Assembly: GCA_016182045.1 (NCBI GenBank)
Contig: JACOYE010000011.1
Span: 39-64,038, forward strand
DNA: 64,000 nucleotides
Source of the DNA: Candidatus Microgenomates bacterium
GTDB taxonomy: Bacteria; Patescibacteriota; Microgenomatia; Daviesbacterales; UBA10151
Reading direction: 5' to 3'
Below the pieces are notes generated by a model. The model was not told where the DNA came from and ran no database searches. It worked only from the letters and a program-made list of their open reading frames with translations. Of this stretch, positions 58,114-64,000 are shown piece after piece. A program made the translations under genes and the position numbers. Positions within the stretch are counted from its first letter, which is position 1. Every line of letters starts with the position of its first letter.

Positions 58114-58378
58114 GTTAGATGCAAAAATTAAGCAAAAGATAATCAAGGAATTTGCCACCAAAGATGGTGATACGGGTTCCCCTGAAGTTCAAGTAGCCCT
58201 TTTAACCGAACAGATTAAAAATTTGACAGCTCATCTTAAGGAGCATCCGCATGATATTCACTCAAGGAGAGGACTTCTGTCCATGGTTAACAAAAGAAGA
58301 AGATTACTGCAATATCTGGTTAAAAAGGATGAAGAAAGGTATAAGACTGTTATTGAAAAGCTAGGTTTATCCAAATAA
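58109..58378 (+). CDS. rpsO: 30S ribosomal protein S15
   Basis: [28 protein letters not shown]. Confidence 0.98.
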   Translation: MPLDAKIKQKIIKEFATKDGDTGSPEVQVALLTEQIKNLTAHLKEHPHDIHSRRGLLSMVNKRRRLLQYLVKKDEERYKTVIEKLGLSK

Positions 58379-58399
58379 CAGTTATCATCAAAAGCGAGT

Positions 58400-60781
58400 A
58401 TGAACAAAGTTATTACAAAAGAGATAGATCTAAATGGTCGCAAGTTGAAACTTGAAACTGGCAAATTGGCTTTGCAAGCTGATGCTTCAGTAGTGGTATC
58501 TTGGGGCGAAACAGTAATTTTGGCAACTGTGGCTACCCAGCCTCAAAAAGAAGATATTGGTTATTTTCCATTATCTGTTGAATATGTGGAAAAACACTAT
58601 GCCGGCGGAAGAATTTCCTCTTCCAGATTTATTAAAAGAGAAAGTAAACCCACTGATGAGGCTATCTTGACTGGTAGATTGATTGATCGCTCTATCCGTC
58701 CACTTTTCCCCAAAGATTTTAAAAATCAGGAAGTACAGGTGATTTTAACTGTTTTATCAGTTGATCAAAACAATGATCCTGATATTGTCGGTTTGATTGG
58801 AGCCTCTGCTGCACTTTCCATCTCCTCAGTGCCTTGGAGCGGACCAATTGCTGCTATCAGAGTGGGTGAGCGGGATGGCAATTTGGTGGTAGATCCCACC
58901 ATAGATCAGATGGAACATCTTAACATGGATCTTATAGTCGCTTCAACCAAAGACAAGGTGGTAATGATAGAAAGTGAAGCTAAACAAACTTCAGATGAGG
59001 TGATTTTTTCAGGCATCAAGGAAGCCCATGCTCAAGTCCAGCCGATCATTGAGCTGATAGAGCAGTTTAGTAACCAAGCAGGCAGAGAGAAGCAAACCTA
59101 TTCTCATTTGGTGGAAGAGGTGGAAGAGGCACTGCTTTTGGAGGTGAAAAAGATCACTAAGGAAAGAATTGAGGCTGCACTTTTTGACAATGAACATCCT
59201 TGGCATGAGGCAACTGGTGATTTGATCAAAAAAGAATTGGCTCTTCAATATGCAGAAACTTTAACTCCTCAGATAATTTCCGGAATTTTTGATAAGGTAG
59301 CCAAAGAAATCTTGCACGAGGCAGTTCTTAAAAAAGGTAAAAGAGTTGATGGCAGGGCCATGGATGAGATTAGGCATTTGGAGATGGAAGTAGGAATTTT
59401 ACCAAGAACTCATGGATCTGCTCTTTTTCAGCGGGGTGACACACAAATTTTGTCTGTGGTAACCTTAGGCGCTCCATCCTTGCAACAAACTTTGGAGGGG
59501 ATGGAAGGTGAGAGGCAAAAAAGATTTATGCATCATTACAATATGAGTATCAATCCTTTTTCTGTGGGTGAGGTTAAAAGGTTGGGTCCTCCAAATCGAC
59601 GTGATATCGGTCATGGATCTTTGGTGGAAAAAGGTTTAAATGCGGTGATTCCTTCCGAGGATAAGTTTCCCTATGCCATCAGAGTGGTATCAGAAGTCTT
59701 GGCAGCCAATGCTTCCACCTCAATGGCCGCTCTTTGTGGATCAACCTTGGCATTACTTGATGCCGGTGTACCTTTGTCAGAATCTGTGGCAGGAATTGCC
59801 TTGGGACTTTTGACTGATGGTGATAAATGGCAGGTCATTACCGATATGAGGGCTGTAGAGGACTTTTACGGTGATATGGATTTTAAGGTGGCAGGTACTA
59901 AAAATGGAGTGACAACAATTCAGATGGATACTAAACTTGACGGATTAACTTTTGAGATTATTGAGAAAGCACTGGAAATGGGTAAAAAGGCCAGGCTAGA
60001 AATCTTAGAACAGATGAATAAAGTAATAGCGGCTGCTGGTCCTTTATCTCCTCATGCTCCCAGAGTGGAGATATTACATATAAAACCAGAAGAGATTGGT
60101 TTGCTAATTGGGCCTGGAGGTAAAAATATTAATGGCATAATTTCCAAAACTGGAGCACAGATTGATATTGAGGATGATGGGACTGTGATGGTTTCTGGGA
60201 CCAACTCGGAAGGGGTGGATAAGGCAATTGCCTCAATTGAAGGCATGTTTAAACAAGTCAATGTAGGGGATGAGTTTTTAGGCAAGGTGGTCAGAATTGC
60301 TCCTTTTGGAGCTTTTGTGGAGATTGCTCCTGGAAAAGACGGATTGGTTCATATTTCCCAGATGGCTCCAGGACATGTGGAAAGACCAGAGGATGTGGTG
60401 ACTGAGGGGCAAGAAGTGAAGGTGAGGGTAACTGATGTTTCTCCAGAAGGAAAAATTGGCTTATCCATGCTTTTTGGAGCAGACGTAAAAAAGGAATCTG
60501 AAAGCAGGCCTAGAAGTAGTAGTTTTAGACCAAGACCTTCATTTGGAAACTCGCCTCGCTTCGCGGGCGGAGCGGGTAGATCAAGATCATCAGGTGGTGG
60601 GTATAGATCGGGAGGGGGCAGACGGGATTTTGGTGTAAGTGAGAGAAGAGGGCCTTTTGATAGAACCAGGGCCAGATTTGAAAGAAAACCATTTGGAGCA
60701 AGAGGTGGGGGAAGACCTGCCCGCCGAAGCGGTTTTGGCGAAGGCGGGGATAGAGGTGGACGTGGTGGCTTCAATAGATGA
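58400..60781 (+). CDS. pnp: Polyribonucleotide nucleotidyltransferase
   Basis: RLIDRSIRPLFP, RVDGR, HGSALF, DMDFKVAG, KH and S1 domains. Confidence 0.98.
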   Translation: MNKVITKEIDLNGRKLKLETGKLALQADASVVVSWGETVILATVATQPQKEDIGYFPLSVEYVEKHYAGGRISSSRFIKRESKPTDEAILTGRLIDRSIRPLFPKDFKNQEVQVILTVLSVDQNNDPDIVGLIGASAALSISSVPWSGPIAAIRVGERDGNLVVDPTIDQMEHLNMDLIVASTKDKVVMIESEAKQTSDEVIFSGIKEAHAQVQPIIELIEQFSNQAGREKQTYSHLVEEVEEALLLEVKKITKERIEAALFDNEHPWHEATGDLIKKELALQYAETLTPQIISGIFDKVAKEILHEAVLKKGKRVDGRAMDEIRHLEMEVGILPRTHGSALFQRGDTQILSVVTLGAPSLQQTLEGMEGERQKRFMHHYNMSINPFSVGEVKRLGPPNRRDIGHGSLVEKGLNAVIPSEDKFPYAIRVVSEVLAANASTSMAALCGSTLALLDAGVPLSESVAGIALGLLTDGDKWQVITDMRAVEDFYGDMDFKVAGTKNGVTTIQMDTKLDGLTFEIIEKALEMGKKARLEILEQMNKVIAAAGPLSPHAPRVEILHIKPEEIGLLIGPGGKNINGIISKTGAQIDIEDDGTVMVSGTNSEGVDKAIASIEGMFKQVNVGDEFLGKVVRIAPFGAFVEIAPGKDGLVHISQMAPGHVERPEDVVTEGQEVKVRVTDVSPEGKIGLSMLFGADVKKESESRPRSSSFRPRPSFGNSPRFAGGAGRSRSSGGGYRSGGGRRDFGVSERRGPFDRTRARFERKPFGARGGGRPARRSGFGEGGDRGGRGGFNR
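60550..60576. repeat. Family C element in the pnp tail
   Basis: CTCGCCTCGCTTCGCGGGCGGAGCGGG. Confidence 0.85.
60716..60748. repeat. Family B element (reverse orientation) in the pnp tail
   Basis: CCTGCCCGCCGAAGCGGTTTTGGCGAAGGCGGG. Confidence 0.85.
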
Positions 60782-60805
60782 AAAGATTAGAGTAGAATAT
60801 TAATC

Positions 60806-61831
60806 ATGGATTCTGCCCGAGCGACAATTGATCAGCTGAAGATAAAGTTAAGCCAAGCTAGCCTACCTTCTGATATATCTGAAAAACTTTTAAATCTTCT
60901 ACAGTTTCCAGGCACGGGAGCGGAACTTGAAAAGTTGATTGCTTACATTGATTTTGTAGTTTCCCTGCCTTTTAACAAATTAAGCCAAGATATTTTGGAC
61001 CTTCCCAGAGCCAAAGAAATTTTGGATAAAAATCATTATGGTTTGCAATCTGTTAAAGATAGAATCCTGGAATATTTGGCAGTTTTAATCTTAAACAAAA
61101 GAAAAAGCTACGCTCAAGCCTTTGGACATGCTCCGATTTTGGCCTTTATTGGTTTGGCGGGTAGCGGTAAGACATCTTTGGCTTATTCTATTGCAGAATC
61201 TTTGGGAAGACCACTTCAGAGAATTCCTTTTGGAGGTTTGGGTGATCCTTTAATGCTTCGTGGTCAATCCCGTGTTCATCTGGATTCTGAACCAGGTCAA
61301 ATTATCAAAGCTATAAAATCTGCAGGAGTTAATAATCCGGTCATACTTTTGGATGAGATTGACCGGGTGGAACAAGATAGAAGGGTGGATATTATGGGCG
61401 TTTTGGTGGAACTTTTGGATCCTGCCCAAAACCAAGCTTTTTTGGATCATTATCTGGATTTCCCTTATGATTTATCACAAGTTTTATTTATTGCCACAGC
61501 CAATAATACCTCAAATATAGCCACAGCTGTTTTGGATAGATTAGAGCCAATTCAGATGCCGTCTTATTCAGACGAGGAAAAAATCACTATTGGTAAAAAT
61601 TATCTTTTGCCAAAAATTATTGAGGAAAATGGTTTGGGATCTGATATGCTGATGATAGATGAGATGGCCTGGCCGCAAATCATCAGACCACTGGGATATG
61701 ATGGGGGGATAAGATCTTTACAAAGAAGTTTGCAAAGTATCTGCAGAAAAGTGGCACGGGGGGTGGTGGAAGGGGAGATAGGGCCTTTTAAGGTGGGAGT
61801 GGAGAATGTGGGAGAATACTTAGGAGGATGA
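60806..61831 (+). CDS. Lon-type AAA+ module without protease domain
   Basis: HYGL..VKDRILEYL, GLAGSGKTS, LLDEID, ELLDPAQN, FIATAN; ends at EYLGG. Confidence 0.88.
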   Translation: MDSARATIDQLKIKLSQASLPSDISEKLLNLLQFPGTGAELEKLIAYIDFVVSLPFNKLSQDILDLPRAKEILDKNHYGLQSVKDRILEYLAVLILNKRKSYAQAFGHAPILAFIGLAGSGKTSLAYSIAESLGRPLQRIPFGGLGDPLMLRGQSRVHLDSEPGQIIKAIKSAGVNNPVILLDEIDRVEQDRRVDIMGVLVELLDPAQNQAFLDHYLDFPYDLSQVLFIATANNTSNIATAVLDRLEPIQMPSYSDEEKITIGKNYLLPKIIEENGLGSDMLMIDEMAWPQIIRPLGYDGGIRSLQRSLQSICRKVARGVVEGEIGPFKVGVENVGEYLGG

Positions 61832-61893
61832 AATTTTCAATTTTTAATTTACAATTTTTAATCAAATATCAATGTTTTAATGTTTGAAAATTT
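61832..61893. repeat. AT-rich heptamer element, left arm
   Basis: AATTTTC AATTTTT AATTTAC AATTTTT AATCAAATATCAATG, homologous to 20970-21012. Confidence 0.8.
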
Positions 61894-63585
61894 ATGAAAA
61901 TGTTTAAACCAAAACAATTTATACCAGATCAAGGCCCAGGCCTGAAATTAATTCCATTGGGGGGAGTAGGGGATGTGACCAAAAATATGTATGTTTATGA
62001 GATGGGTAATGACATCATCATTATTGATTGTGGAGTGGGTTTTCCCGATGAGGCCATGCCGGGAGTAGACCTGGTTATTCCCGACATCTCTTATTTGAGA
62101 GGAAAACAAGATAAAATCAGAGCAATTTTAATTACCCACGGACATGAAGATCATATCGGCGGACTGCCCTATATTTGGCCCCAGCTTCAGGTTCCCATTT
62201 ATACCCAAAGATTAACAGCCGGATTTATCAGAGCCAAATTCTCAGAACATAATTTGCCAAAAAATAAAATTATAGAGGTAAAGCCAGATCAAAAATTAGA
62301 TTTGGGTATATTTAAAGTTTCTTTTTATCTGGTGTCACACTCTGTGCCAGATTCTACCGGAATAGTTTTAAAAACACCCCTTGGTACAATTATCCATCAG
62401 GCTGATTTTAAGATTGATTGGACACCGGTATCAGGACAGGTGACTGATGTGGGAACAATTGCCAACTTGGGGAAGGAAGGGGTTTTGCTTTTACTGATAG
62501 ATTGTCTAAGAGTAGAAAAGCCCGGTTTTAACAGATCGGAAAAATCAATAGAAGCTTCTTTTGAGAAAGCGGCCTTGGAAACGAAGGGCAAGCTTTTAAT
62601 AACCATGACCTCATCGAATGTGTCCAGGATGCAACAAGCCGTCAGCGTGGCCCAACGTTTAGGCAGGAAGGTGGCTGTGGTTGGCCGTTCCTTTGAAAAT
62701 AATGTTCAGGTCTCCCGGGATTTAGGGTACTTGCATGTTCCTTCCTCAGTTATGATTACCCCGGATGCCATATCCTCCTTTGATCCCAACAAAATTTTGG
62801 TACTGATCGCCGGTGCTCAAGGTCAGCCTGATTCATCCTTAGTACGAGCTGCCAATGATGAGCACAAACAGGTTAAACTAAGGGAAGGTGATAGTGTATT
62901 ATTTTCAGCCGATCCCATACCTTCCACAGAATCAGCTCAAAATGCCCTGATTGATGATTTAACCTCCAGAGGGGTTGATGTTTATTATTCAGCCATAGCC
63001 TCTGATTTGCATGTATCCGGTCATGCAGCCTTGGAGGAATTGAGATTGGTGGTCAATTTAATAAAACCCAACTTTTTGATACCGATCGGTGGAACCTTTA
63101 GACATATGAAGGCTTTCTCAAATATGGTTTATGAAATGGGTTATCAAAAAAAACAGGTTTTGGAAATAGAGGAAGGGGAGGTGGTAGAGGTGAGAAAAGA
63201 TAGTATAAAACCTTCAGGTAGAGTAGATGTGCAAAATGTCTATGTTGATGGACTGGGGGTGGGTGATGTAGGTCATATAGTTTTAAGAGACAGAAGAGTG
63301 ATGAGTGAGGAGGGAGTGGTGGTAGTGGTGGTGCCCATTGATCAACGTACGGGAAAATTGATAGGTGAGCCGGATATCATCTCAAGAGGATTTGTATTTG
63401 AAGAATTTGCCTCGGACCTTTTGGAGGAGGCCAAAATAGAGCTTAAAAATACTTTGATTGAACATACCAAAAGAATGCCAGATTGGCGGTTTATCCGTAA
63501 GATGATTGAAGATGATTTGGGAAATTTCTTTTATTCTACGACACAAAGAAGACCACTGATTTTACCGGTGGTAGTGGAGGTATAG
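61894..63585 (+). CDS. rnj: Ribonuclease J
   Basis: PLGG, ITHGHEDHIGG, HSVPD, DFKID, HVSGHA, SRGFV. Confidence 0.97.
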   Translation: MKMFKPKQFIPDQGPGLKLIPLGGVGDVTKNMYVYEMGNDIIIIDCGVGFPDEAMPGVDLVIPDISYLRGKQDKIRAILITHGHEDHIGGLPYIWPQLQVPIYTQRLTAGFIRAKFSEHNLPKNKIIEVKPDQKLDLGIFKVSFYLVSHSVPDSTGIVLKTPLGTIIHQADFKIDWTPVSGQVTDVGTIANLGKEGVLLLLIDCLRVEKPGFNRSEKSIEASFEKAALETKGKLLITMTSSNVSRMQQAVSVAQRLGRKVAVVGRSFENNVQVSRDLGYLHVPSSVMITPDAISSFDPNKILVLIAGAQGQPDSSLVRAANDEHKQVKLREGDSVLFSADPIPSTESAQNALIDDLTSRGVDVYYSAIASDLHVSGHAALEELRLVVNLIKPNFLIPIGGTFRHMKAFSNMVYEMGYQKKQVLEIEEGEVVEVRKDSIKPSGRVDVQNVYVDGLGVGDVGHIVLRDRRVMSEEGVVVVVVPIDQRTGKLIGEPDIISRGFVFEEFASDLLEEAKIELKNTLIEHTKRMPDWRFIRKMIEDDLGNFFYSTTQRRPLILPVVVEV

Positions 63586-63619
63586 GGTACCCCATAGTGT
63601 ATGGTATAATTAATAATAT

Positions 63620-64000
63620 ATGGCAAGAAGACGTTCTATTTATAGACTACCCAGATTAAAATTAAGACATCGGACCATTACTGCCATAGGTTCTTTGGTG
63701 GCTTTGATCTTGGCTGTTTTATCTGCCGTATCTTTGGTAACTCAATCAGCTGCTTTGGCATTTTGGAGCGACTTTTTGAAAGATTTACTTGGCTGGACTT
63801 ATATTTTTTCTCCGCTGGTCTTTTTATTATCCGGTTTAGTGTTATCAAGAGTTCGCTGGCGTTTTGCCCAAGTTAATGTTTTACTGGGGTTAATTTTACT
63901 TATATTGTCTTTGGTAGGATTAACAGCCGCCTTTTGGCCAGAAAGGGGAGGTTCCATAGGATTGACACTTTGGATACAGTTATCTTCTTTTGTGACTCCT
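63620..64000 (+). CDS. ftsK: Probable DNA translocase FtsK, N-terminal membrane region (cut by window end)
   Basis: MARRRS basic start, several TM segments, GGSIG; follows rnj; motor domain not in the window. Confidence 0.7.
   Translation, partial: MARRRSIYRLPRLKLRHRTITAIGSLVALILAVLSAVSLVTQSAALAFWSDFLKDLLGWTYIFSPLVFLLSGLVLSRVRWRFAQVNVLLGLILLILSLVGLTAAFWPERGGSIGLTLWIQLSSFVTP

Noticed and set aside
17819-61893. Heptamer arrays or dispersed palindromes as a CRISPR array
   Set aside because: No repeat-spacer periodicity and no cas genes.

Overview
AT-rich chromosomal window, most consistent with a Patescibacteria/CPR (Microgenomates-like) genome. This assignment is inference from the gene set, short IF2/TPI/MetG, pilN/pilO, and -10 boxes sitting just upstream of start codons. 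Content is mostly housekeeping (groES-groEL, metG, sbcCD, pcrA, trxA, tpiA, holA-like, rpsT, murJ, lepA, NAD kinase, hrcA-grpE-dnaK-dnaJ, nusA-infB, rpsO-pnp-Lon-like-rnj-ftsK) plus cell-envelope genes, with small accessory inserts (three TA-like pairs, a truncated VapC, a JAMM-motif orphan, an SDR-FabZ-like fusion, gcvPA/PB). No tRNA, rRNA, CRISPR array, transposase or integrase was seen. The main hidden signal is about 35 short GC-rich palindromic elements of several families. About 25 lie inside intact core genes without breaking the frame, and several are nested in one another. A second class is period-7 tandem arrays with different unit sequences. Other candidates: cassettes bounded by duplicated promoter-region segments, a diverged rpsO 5' stub, a repeated leader architecture before grpE and dnaK, and a possible rpsO leader pseudoknot. 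All calls are by eye; no database searches were run.
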